Below are positions 43,207 through 50,296 of a stretch of 50,296 nucleotides of DNA, in pieces. Position 1 is the first letter of the stretch. Every line of letters begins with the position of its first letter. The translations under genes were made by a program, and so were the position numbers. The stretch is taken from the NCBI GenBank assembly GCA_026991215.1, contig JALXBY010000244.1:1-50296 (forward strand), given 5' to 3'. The notes below the pieces were generated by a model. The model searched no databases. It was given only the letters and a program-made list of their open reading frames with translations, and was not told the origin of the DNA. The stretch is from Anaerolineales bacterium (GTDB lineage Bacteria > Chloroflexota > Anaerolineae > Anaerolineales > DRMV01).

Positions 43207-44832
43207 TTAGTCGCCCTCCTCTTGAATATCCGACCGCATGGCGCGAAGTTCGGCCAGTTCCAAGGCGTCCAGCAAAGGCGTTTTCCAGATGCGGCGCCCA
43301 TTTTCCTCGGTGGGCCACCAGAGATAAATGGGGGCCTCGTCTTCCCGCTCAGCCTGAAACGTCGTGGCCAAGTCTTCTAAGGCATCGATGAATCTTCCCA
43401 CCTTTTCACGATGCTCACCGTTCCGCCGTCGGGCCAGGTCATAAAGGATTTGGGAGAGAGCGGTCCAACGCCCGCGTTCCAGGGCCTTGCCCCACCGATG
43501 GCGCAGGCTGCGGGGCCATGAAGCGAGGATATTGACCACATCTTGCATCTTTCTCGCTTGCGCCAGGGTAAAAGGCCGTGCGGTCAGATGAAAATCGCCC
43601 ACTTTGTATTGCTCGGTGACGGCTTCGGCTCTGGTAATGGCAATGGCGTTGGGCAACCACAGGAAGTTGATGGCGCTTGTTTCCGCCTGCCGGGCCTTGA
43701 CTTTGGCTTTCTTGAGCAGGTCGGTGGCCAGCGCTTCCAGATACCACACGGGGTGTTTGGCATCGGCGATAGCAATACCCACCGAAGCGGTAATAGGCAT
43801 GGGCCAAGCCGCGGGCCAATAACCGAGATTATCCTTCACCTTCTCTTGTACATATTGCTCGAATTTCCCCAGAAACGCCACGGCCACATCCCAGGCATAC
43901 CCGGCTTGTATAAGCAGGGTAACGTCATCACCGCCGATGTTGAGGATTTCAAAGGGCCAGGCTTTCTCTTGTTCCAGTGGCTTTTGGCAGACCTCCCAAA
44001 GGGCCTCGTACAGGGCTTGTTCTGTGCCCTCTGTTAGGGCCTTGGATAGGACTGCATATTCATTCTCGTCTTTGACCTTCTGTAACAGGTCGCCGACGTT
44101 GTTCCCATCAGCATAGAGAAAGGCCACATAAGGGCGTCGTGCACTTGCAGCCAGTTCGTTCACATCCTTGGGAGGAGTGGATGGTAAGTTATATCTCCTC
44201 TTCTCTAAGAATCGCTCAAAACCACGGTGGCGGCATATACGACCTGTGCGATGTCTCCGGTAACACACACGACACACATGTTTCGTTTCAAACATCCCGC
44301 TTTGGGTGTAAGTCACCTTCCTTTCCGCCACCCGCTTACCGCAAATCTCACACCGCTTACCGAAGGGGAAGGCTTCAATAAAGGGTACGACCTGCTTTTG
44401 TTGTTTTGCCTCCCGCAACCTCGCGGCCAGGAACGCGGTGCGACGGGCAAATTCGCCGGCGCTCTGGGCTTCCTGATGGGCCTTGACCAGACGACCTGCC
44501 CAGCCATCCGTGATGTTTGGCTCGGGAAGAGGGAGCTCAGGAGCGTCTTCATACACTACCGTCACAGTAGCCACTTGGGTGTACTTTAGGTAGATGCGCT
44601 CGATTTCGCGTTTGAGATTTTCTGCTTCGTCCGCAGGTATTTCAAACAGGAAACCACCTCCTCCGCAATAAATCGTGCGCCCTCCCCGCTGTTCTACCAA
44701 CTTTTCCACTTCTTGCTCACATTTGATGAGCCGTTGACTGCCACCGCGAATTTGGGGTAGCCCGGAAGCCTCAAATACATAGGATTTGATGGCGTCTACA
44801 TCGCCTTGGAGAAGTACGTTTTTCTGGCTCAT
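43207..44832 (-). CDS. cas10: Mirror copy of 5465..7090: HD-less Cas10
   Basis: Exact reverse-complement twin, with the identical 541-aa translation. Confidence 0.88.
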   Translation of the reverse strand: MSQKNVLLQGDVDAIKSYVFEASGLPQIRGGSQRLIKCEQEVEKLVEQRGGRTIYCGGGGFLFEIPADEAENLKREIERIYLKYTQVATVTVVYEDAPELPLPEPNITDGWAGRLVKAHQEAQSAGEFARRTAFLAARLREAKQQKQVVPFIEAFPFGKRCEICGKRVAERKVTYTQSGMFETKHVCRVCYRRHRTGRICRHRGFERFLEKRRYNLPSTPPKDVNELAASARRPYVAFLYADGNNVGDLLQKVKDENEYAVLSKALTEGTEQALYEALWEVCQKPLEQEKAWPFEILNIGGDDVTLLIQAGYAWDVAVAFLGKFEQYVQEKVKDNLGYWPAAWPMPITASVGIAIADAKHPVWYLEALATDLLKKAKVKARQAETSAINFLWLPNAIAITRAEAVTEQYKVGDFHLTARPFTLAQARKMQDVVNILASWPRSLRHRWGKALERGRWTALSQILYDLARRRNGEHREKVGRFIDALEDLATTFQAEREDEAPIYLWWPTEENGRRIWKTPLLDALELAELRAMRSDIQEEGD

Positions 44833-44847
44833 ACAACCTCCTAAAGT

Positions 44848-45015
44848 TCAGGATGTGGGCTCGGCTTGCGCCTCCACCCACGCCCGCATGGCTGCTTCCA
44901 GAAAGGCCGGCAGGTCGCTGAGGGAGAGAACCTGCATGCCGGTGCGTTGTTCCAGCATCTGGCGGGCCGTGGACGAAGGCCTTTCCAAAAGGTGCTCCAG
45001 CCATTCATCCGCCAT
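44848..45015 (-). CDS. Mirror copy of 5282..5449: hypothetical 55-aa protein
   Basis: Exact reverse-complement twin. Confidence 0.45.
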   Translation of the reverse strand: MADEWLEHLLERPSSTARQMLEQRTGMQVLSLSDLPAFLEAAMRAWVEAQAEPTS

Positions 45016-45043
45016 GGCAAAACCTCCCTGACCAAGAATGACT

Positions 45044-45964
45044 TTATGAGGAAAAATTCGTAGTTTCCATCCCCATCTCCTCCTGAAAATCTCCCCGCAA
45101 AGTGGGGAGGCCGTTAGTGGCGGTCAGCCACAGCCGGAAGACCCGGCGCACAAAGCGCAAATCCACCCTGGCCTCCGGCCAGGCCGCGCGGCACACCCGC
45201 AGAATGGCCTTGCGATGGGAATCCAGGGTATCCAGGTCGACGCCCATGGCCCGCGCGGCTTCGGCCCGGGTTTCCGTGGTGGCCAAGGCCCGTAGCGCAT
45301 CTTTCTGGCGAGGGGTCAGCCGCGCCCACACCCGGGCACAACGGCGTTGGGTTTCCTCATCCAGCCCTTCCCCCATCAACCGACGCAACACTTCCGGGGA
45401 CATCTCCAACAGGCTTCGCAAACCGGGGAAATACGCGGTCCAGGGCACGAAGGGAATCTCCAACAACCGCACCGTGCCCTGGGGCAGGTGCATGCGCGCG
45501 CCATCCTTGACCTGGGCCAGCCATTCGGGCGGGGTGTAGATGTGCCAGACCTTATCCTGGGGCGAGCCATAGGTCATGGCCGCGGCGTAGAGCATCAGGC
45601 CCAGCGCACGGCGGCCGCCGGTAATGCTAAAATGCAAACGCCAACCTTCGGCTTTCAGCGTACGTACGCGGTCACGCACCTGTTGCCAGGCTTCATCTAA
45701 ATGCAAATCAGAAAGTAAATCCGGAAGAGGATGGCCGTCTCGGTCTGTAAGGCTACAGGCCTGCAAAGGAATGGATTGGTATGCTTGATAGCGCGTAAAT
45801 TCACGTTGAAGCCGACGAAAAGCGGCTTGGTAGACGGGGTTTCCTCCCGGAAAGACAACTTCCACCACTTGCGGGCGGATTCCCCGTGCTAGCAAAGCAT
45901 CCAACGTAAAAGTCAAAATTTGAGGTTGGCCTCCCAAGGAGGCCAGAAGCCTTTCCCCCAGCAT
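45044..45964 (-). CDS. Mirror copy of 4333..5253: CARF-LuxR HTH regulator
   Basis: Exact reverse-complement twin. Confidence 0.7.
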   Translation of the reverse strand: MLGERLLASLGGQPQILTFTLDALLARGIRPQVVEVVFPGGNPVYQAAFRRLQREFTRYQAYQSIPLQACSLTDRDGHPLPDLLSDLHLDEAWQQVRDRVRTLKAEGWRLHFSITGGRRALGLMLYAAAMTYGSPQDKVWHIYTPPEWLAQVKDGARMHLPQGTVRLLEIPFVPWTAYFPGLRSLLEMSPEVLRRLMGEGLDEETQRRCARVWARLTPRQKDALRALATTETRAEAARAMGVDLDTLDSHRKAILRVCRAAWPEARVDLRFVRRVFRLWLTATNGLPTLRGDFQEEMGMETTNFSS

Positions 45965-46036
45965 GTTTTTTCCTCTTCGGAGGCTCAAAATGATGTGTTT
46001 GAATGATACCATGCCGATATAGGGAAAGGGGGTGCC

Positions 46037-47152
46037 ATGGGCTTAAATCTCCCCGCCTTATTGGTCATGGGGCCACCGCATAGTGGCAAGTCCGTATTGG
46101 CGTATCACCTCAGCCGGCGTTTATATCGGGCGGGTCTCGCCCATTATCTGTTGCGCACCGCGCCGGATGGCGAAGGGAACTGGTTTTATGAAGGGCCCCG
46201 AAATAAGGTGCTCTCCCTGCGTCTTGCGGCCAAAGGCCGTTATACGCCGGACCTGGTACGACGCATGGTGACGCTTCTCCAGCACCGGCACACCCCGCTC
46301 CTGGTGGATATGGGCGGACGGCCACGGGGTGAACAGTGGGAAATCCTTCGGGCATGTACCCACGGTATCTTGCTTTACCGTACACCCGAGGAACGGGAAT
46401 ATTGGATGGCCCACATTCGCGCCACGGACCTCTCCCTCCTTGCTGTCCTGGAAAGCCGCCTTCAGGGGGAGGATGTCCTCGCGGGGACGCATCCGTATCT
46501 CACCGGAACCATTACCGGGCTGGACCGGCACCATCCCCGCCTGGGAAAGACCTTTGAGGCTTTAGCCCGCCGGGTGTTTGCCTTGTTCCGCCTCCGGGAG
46601 GAAGACCTGGAAGCCCTGCATCGGAAAACCGCACCGTATCCGTTCCTTAGTGAGCGGGAGCTGGCCCGCACCCTGGGGAAACCTTTACCTGCCTGGTGGA
46701 CTCCAGAGGACCTCCCTCGTCTGCTTCGAGTGATTCCGCGTGGACCTGTATCCCTGTACGGTCGCGGACCGACCTGGCTGGCCGCGGCCATAGCGGCGCA
46801 TGTGGCGCCCGCTCCCATGGCGGTCTTTGATGCCCATTTGGGATGGGTCCACCTGCCCCAGGTGGATACTTCAGGCACAAAGGACGTGCTCCTTCACATG
46901 GAGCCCGTGGACGCGGGACGGTGGCTTCTGCGAATCCAACTTCGCGGCTTTCTCATGCCCACCACTTTACCTGAACCCAACTGGCCCAAAGCCATGCGTT
47001 CCGTCATTCTTTGGGGCCGACTGCCACGCTGGGTCTACGGCACGTATGCACAGGCCCTGGCGCGACGCATCCCCCACATTGCGGTATGGGAACCCCGCTT
47101 GCAACGGGCTGTGACAATTTTTGGGTTCCGGGCAGATACCTTCCAGGGTTAG
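46037..47152 (+). CDS. csx3: Mirror copy of 3145..4260: P-loop NTPase-Csx3 fusion
   Basis: Exact reverse-complement twin. Confidence 0.65.
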   Translation: MGLNLPALLVMGPPHSGKSVLAYHLSRRLYRAGLAHYLLRTAPDGEGNWFYEGPRNKVLSLRLAAKGRYTPDLVRRMVTLLQHRHTPLLVDMGGRPRGEQWEILRACTHGILLYRTPEEREYWMAHIRATDLSLLAVLESRLQGEDVLAGTHPYLTGTITGLDRHHPRLGKTFEALARRVFALFRLREEDLEALHRKTAPYPFLSERELARTLGKPLPAWWTPEDLPRLLRVIPRGPVSLYGRGPTWLAAAIAAHVAPAPMAVFDAHLGWVHLPQVDTSGTKDVLLHMEPVDAGRWLLRIQLRGFLMPTTLPEPNWPKAMRSVILWGRLPRWVYGTYAQALARRIPHIAVWEPRLQRAVTIFGFRADTFQG

Positions 47153-47162
47153 CAGACCACGG

Positions 47163-47540
47163 TCAACAACTGGAAAACAGCGCCTCCAGAACCCGTTGCA
47201 GCACCTCTTCCGGGCTGAGGTCGTCGGTGGGGATGTAGATATCTGCGTGGGACCGGGCGTGGGCCAGCCGGCGCAGTTCTTCTTCATAGTCGGCCCGCGT
47301 CCAGTGCAGGCCCTTACGTTGGGTGCAGGTCTCGAAAGAGGCGTCCAGGTAGACCAGCAGGTCGGGCCGGGTGAGGCGCTGCCACATGTCGGGCACGTGG
47401 GAATGCTCCTGGGCAATGGCCTTGGCCTGGAACCCCAAAGCCTGCAGGGCCCGGGCCAGGGTGCTCTTCCCCGCACCGCACGGCCCCACGATGCCAATAC
47501 GCCTGGGCGGTCGAACGGGGGGCTTTTCCATGGCAGACAT
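47163..47540 (-). CDS. Mirror copy of 2757..3134: small P-loop kinase-like protein
   Basis: Exact reverse-complement twin. Confidence 0.75.
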   Translation of the reverse strand: MSAMEKPPVRPPRRIGIVGPCGAGKSTLARALQALGFQAKAIAQEHSHVPDMWQRLTRPDLLVYLDASFETCTQRKGLHWTRADYEEELRRLAHARSHADIYIPTDDLSPEEVLQRVLEALFSSC

Positions 47541-47636
47541 CGTCCTTTTGGCGGAGGCGTCGTATCCTTCCTCTGGAGAATGGCCGTTCCGGGCCGCGTG
47601 TATAATAGCCTACACCATTTCCCCTGGAGCGCAGCC

Positions 47637-47792
47637 ATGGCCAAGAAAAAGCAGCGGAAAAAGCGGCGCAACAAACGGCAGACCCAAACCATGAGTTATT
47701 ATGAGCGGCAACAGCGACGGTACCGCATCATCCTCACGGTCGTTGGCATCCTTCTGGTCATCTCCTTCCTGGTGACCCTGGTGATTCAGTGA
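47637..47792 (+). CDS. Mirror copy of 2505..2660: small basic membrane protein
   Basis: Exact reverse-complement twin. Confidence 0.5.
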   Translation: MAKKKQRKKRRNKRQTQTMSYYERQQRRYRIILTVVGILLVISFLVTLVIQ

Positions 47793-47808
47793 ACGCGAGG
47801 CCGGCCGT

Positions 47809-48306
47809 ATGGAGACATGGCTGCTGGCCCTGGCCTATGGGATTCATCTGGTCGCCACGGTGGTGAGCCTGGGCGCCCTGCTTTCCGCCTTCGACCTGAC
47901 GCGCATCCTCTTCCTCCCCCAACAGCCGGTCCCCTCCTGGATACGTCGTTACCGGGCCTTCCTGCGGTTGACCTGGATGGCCGTGGCCCTGCTGTGGGCT
48001 ACGGGGATGTTCCAGATGACCAAGCACCCCCTGTACCAGGGCACGTTGAACTTCAGCACCCCCTGGGCCAAAGGTTTGCTGTTCAAGCACATCCTGGTGC
48101 TGGCCTGGATCGTGGGCCTGGCCTACCTGCAATGGGTCCGGCTGCCGGCCTGGGAACGCTGGGCTTTACGCCTGCAAGCCGGGCAGCCTGCCCCCGAAGG
48201 CGACCAGGAAGCCCTGCGCCGCAGCCTGATTCGCTCCCTGCGCTGGCAGCAGGTGCTGGTTCTGGCCGTGTTGGTGGTCACCGCGTGGTTGCGGGCCCAG
48301 AGGTAA
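47809..48306 (+). CDS. Mirror copy of 1991..2488: integral membrane protein
   Basis: Exact reverse-complement twin. Confidence 0.7.
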   Translation: METWLLALAYGIHLVATVVSLGALLSAFDLTRILFLPQQPVPSWIRRYRAFLRLTWMAVALLWATGMFQMTKHPLYQGTLNFSTPWAKGLLFKHILVLAWIVGLAYLQWVRLPAWERWALRLQAGQPAPEGDQEALRRSLIRSLRWQQVLVLAVLVVTAWLRAQR

Positions 48307-48309
48307 CCC

Positions 48310-49113
48310 ATGGCCGCCTTGCGTCTTGTGCCCCGCCCTGTCATTGGCATCGTCCAGGCCCGGATGGGGTCCACCCGGCTGCCGGGCAAGGTGCTGGAAC
48401 CCCTGGCCGGTAAGTCCATGCTGGCCCACATCCTGGAGCGGATGGCCGCGTGCCCCCTCCTGGACGGCCTGGTCGTGGCCACCACCACGCTTCCCGAAGA
48501 CGACGCCCTGGTGGAGGAAAGCCAACGGCTGGGATACCCCGTCTACCGGGGCAGTTCCGAAGACGTGCTGGACCGCTTCTACCACGCGGCGAAAACCTTC
48601 CAGGCCCGGACCATCGTCCGCATCACCGCGGACGACCCCTTCAAGGACCCCGGCTTGCTCACCCTGATGCTCCGCTTCTGGCTGGAGACCTACCCCGCCT
48701 GGGACTACCTGAGCAACACCCTGGAGCCAACCTATCCAGAGGGTCTGGACCTGGAAATCTTCACCTTCGAGGCCCTGGCGACCGCCTGGAAGGAGGCCGT
48801 ACACCCCGCGGACCGGGAGCATGTCACCCCATATATATGGAAGCGGCCCCACCGCTTCCGGCTGTTTTCCTGGAAAGGGCCGGTGAACCTGGCCCACCTG
48901 CGCTGGACCGTGGACTACCCGGAGGACCTGGCCTTTGCCCGCGCGGTCTACGCCCGCCTTTACCCCCATACCCCCCTGTTCACCATGGAAGACATCCTGG
49001 CCCTGCTGGAAGCCGAACCCGAACTGGCCCGGTTGCCCCGCCGGGTGCCCCGCAACGAGGGGTACTTGAAATCCCTGGGGCAGGAGGAAGGACCCCATGC
49101 CGCGGGTAATTGA
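48310..49113 (+). CDS. Mirror copy of 1184..1987: cytidylyltransferase-family protein
   Basis: Exact reverse-complement twin. Confidence 0.8.
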   Translation: MAALRLVPRPVIGIVQARMGSTRLPGKVLEPLAGKSMLAHILERMAACPLLDGLVVATTTLPEDDALVEESQRLGYPVYRGSSEDVLDRFYHAAKTFQARTIVRITADDPFKDPGLLTLMLRFWLETYPAWDYLSNTLEPTYPEGLDLEIFTFEALATAWKEAVHPADREHVTPYIWKRPHRFRLFSWKGPVNLAHLRWTVDYPEDLAFARAVYARLYPHTPLFTMEDILALLEAEPELARLPRRVPRNEGYLKSLGQEEGPHAAGN

Positions 49114-49804
49114 CCTGCCCAACCTGCGGAACCGCCGACGGGTCTTCCGGGACAGGTACCACGCCGGGCAGGTACTGGCCGAGTTGATTGCCATGGAAGC
49201 CGACCGGTGGCCCCGGCCGCTGCTTTTGGCCATCCCCGCCGGCGGGGTGCCCGTAGCCGTGGCCCTGCACGAACGGCTCGGATGGCCCCTGGAACTCGCG
49301 GTGGTGAGCAAAATCACGCCTTCGTGGAACCCGGAGATGGGGTACGGCGCCCTGGCCTGGGATGGCACCCTGATGCTCAACGAGGCCCTGGTGGAGCACC
49401 TGGGCCTTTCCCCCGCGGAGGTCGAGGCCGATATCCGGCGGACACGGGAGAAAGTTGCCCGCCGCTTGCAGGTACTGCGGGGCGCCCGGCCCCTGCCCGA
49501 CCTGAGCCAGCACAGCGTGTTCCTGGTGGACGACGGCCTGGCCACGGGCGCGACCATGCAGGTGGCCATCCGGGTGGCCCGGAACGCGGGCGCGGGCCGA
49601 CTGGCCCTGGCCGTGCCCACCGCGCACCAGACCGCCCTGTGGCATCTGGCCCGCCAGGTCGAGACCGTCTACTGCCCCAACATCCGGGAGGAAACCCCCT
49701 ACGCGGTGGCCGAAGCCTACCAGACCTGGACCGACCTGGACGACCAGGCCCTGCTGGACTGGCTCGCGCGGGCCGGTCGGGTCGCGTCTTCCCCCAACCC
49801 TTGA
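49097..49804 (+). CDS. Mirror copy of 493..1200: phosphoribosyltransferase-family protein
   Basis: Exact reverse-complement twin. Confidence 0.85.
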   Translation: MPRVIDLPNLRNRRRVFRDRYHAGQVLAELIAMEADRWPRPLLLAIPAGGVPVAVALHERLGWPLELAVVSKITPSWNPEMGYGALAWDGTLMLNEALVEHLGLSPAEVEADIRRTREKVARRLQVLRGARPLPDLSQHSVFLVDDGLATGATMQVAIRVARNAGAGRLALAVPTAHQTALWHLARQVETVYCPNIREETPYAVAEAYQTWTDLDDQALLDWLARAGRVASSPNP

Positions 49805-49945
49805 GCCTTAATGCAAAACCCCCCAAAACCGCTGCCAGGGGGAACAGAGCGTTTCATCTGCTTTTTAGGTTTCCTTCCGCAATCCTGCACCGGGTGTGCT
49901 ATATTAACAGGAAGCCCCGTAACTTTTTCCGCCGAGGCGATGCCC

Positions 49946-50296
49946 ATGCCGCCTTTGATTCTGTACGTCGAGGACAATCCCGCCAACCGGATGCTCATCC
50001 GCCGCTTGTTGAGCGCCGCGGGCTACGACCTGCTGGAAGCCGAGGACGCCCAGGCCATGCGGCGCTTGCTGGAAACCGCGCGTCCGGACCTCATCCTCAT
50101 GGATCTGCACCTGCCCGGTGTGGACGGCTTCACCCTCATCCAGGAACTGCGCAGCCGTCCGGAGTTCCAGCAGGTGCCCATCATCGCCCTGACCGCGGAC
50201 GTGCTCCGGGATACGCCGGCCAAATGCTACGAGGCCGGCTGTGATGGCTACATCGCCAAGCCCATCAATACCCGGACCTTTCCCGACCAGGCGCGC
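49946..50296 (+). CDS. Mirror copy of 1..351: REC-domain response regulator, truncated by the window edge
   Basis: Exact reverse-complement twin. This is the strand on which I translated it. Confidence 0.85.
   Translation, partial: MPPLILYVEDNPANRMLIRRLLSAAGYDLLEAEDAQAMRRLLETARPDLILMDLHLPGVDGFTLIQELRSRPEFQQVPIIALTADVLRDTPAKCYEAGCDGYIAKPINTRTFPDQAR

Larger units (their letters stand above)
25149..50296. repeat. Right arm of the inverted duplication (reverse complement of 1..25148)
   Basis: Same evidence as for the left arm. All features below 25149 recur here mirrored. Confidence 0.97.

Noticed and set aside
25149-50296. A genuine second copy of the type III locus and housekeeping genes, i.e. 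a gene duplication or two loci
   Set aside because: The right half is base-for-base the reverse complement of the left half, including the intergenic DNA, with zero spacer. This is one sequence represented twice, most likely artefactually, not independent paralogues.

Overview
The window holds only about 25.1 kb of unique sequence. Positions 25149-50296 are the exact reverse complement of 1-25148, a spacerless palindrome centred at 25148|25149, so every gene appears twice in mirror image (x -> 50297-x). I treat this fold-back as a probable assembly or library artefact until reads prove otherwise. The unique arm is high-GC bacterial chromosome. Its housekeeping genes are a REC response regulator, a phosphoribosyltransferase, an SpsF-like cytidylyltransferase, purH, a CCA/poly(A)-polymerase-family enzyme, hpt, tdk, a PfpI/DJ-1 protein, a COG2403 P-loop protein, a Nudix CoA-pyrophosphatase-like protein and tsaD. 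Between a P-loop kinase gene and purH sits a lower-GC island of about 12.8 kb (3145-15987) carrying a subtype III-D-like CRISPR-Cas effector operon. The gene order is HD-less cas10, cas7, csx10, cas11, cas7, cas7, csx19-like, then a further RAMP. No CRISPR array, cas6 or cas1/cas2 is present anywhere in the window. The accessory set around the effector genes is unusual:
- a divergently transcribed P-loop NTPase-Csx3 (ring-nuclease-like) fusion
- an NE0113-type CARF fused to a LuxR-type HTH as first gene of the operon
- a 55-codon ORF with a good SD
- an unassigned 111-aa helical protein
- a strikingly AT-rich PIN-domain gene with a large insertion
- a second NE0113-type CARF with an unassigned C-terminal domain
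- a CARF-wHTH protein
- a small Csx15-like protein
None of the three CARF proteins carries a recognisable nuclease output, which suggests cOA signalling is routed mainly to transcription, with a PIN toxin embedded in the operon. Four period-7 (heptanucleotide) tandem-repeat tracts lie at gene boundaries, and the palindrome junction falls inside one of them. Upstream of tsaD there is also a promoter- and SD-equipped 24-codon lipobox mini-ORF followed by a cluster of hairpins and terminators.
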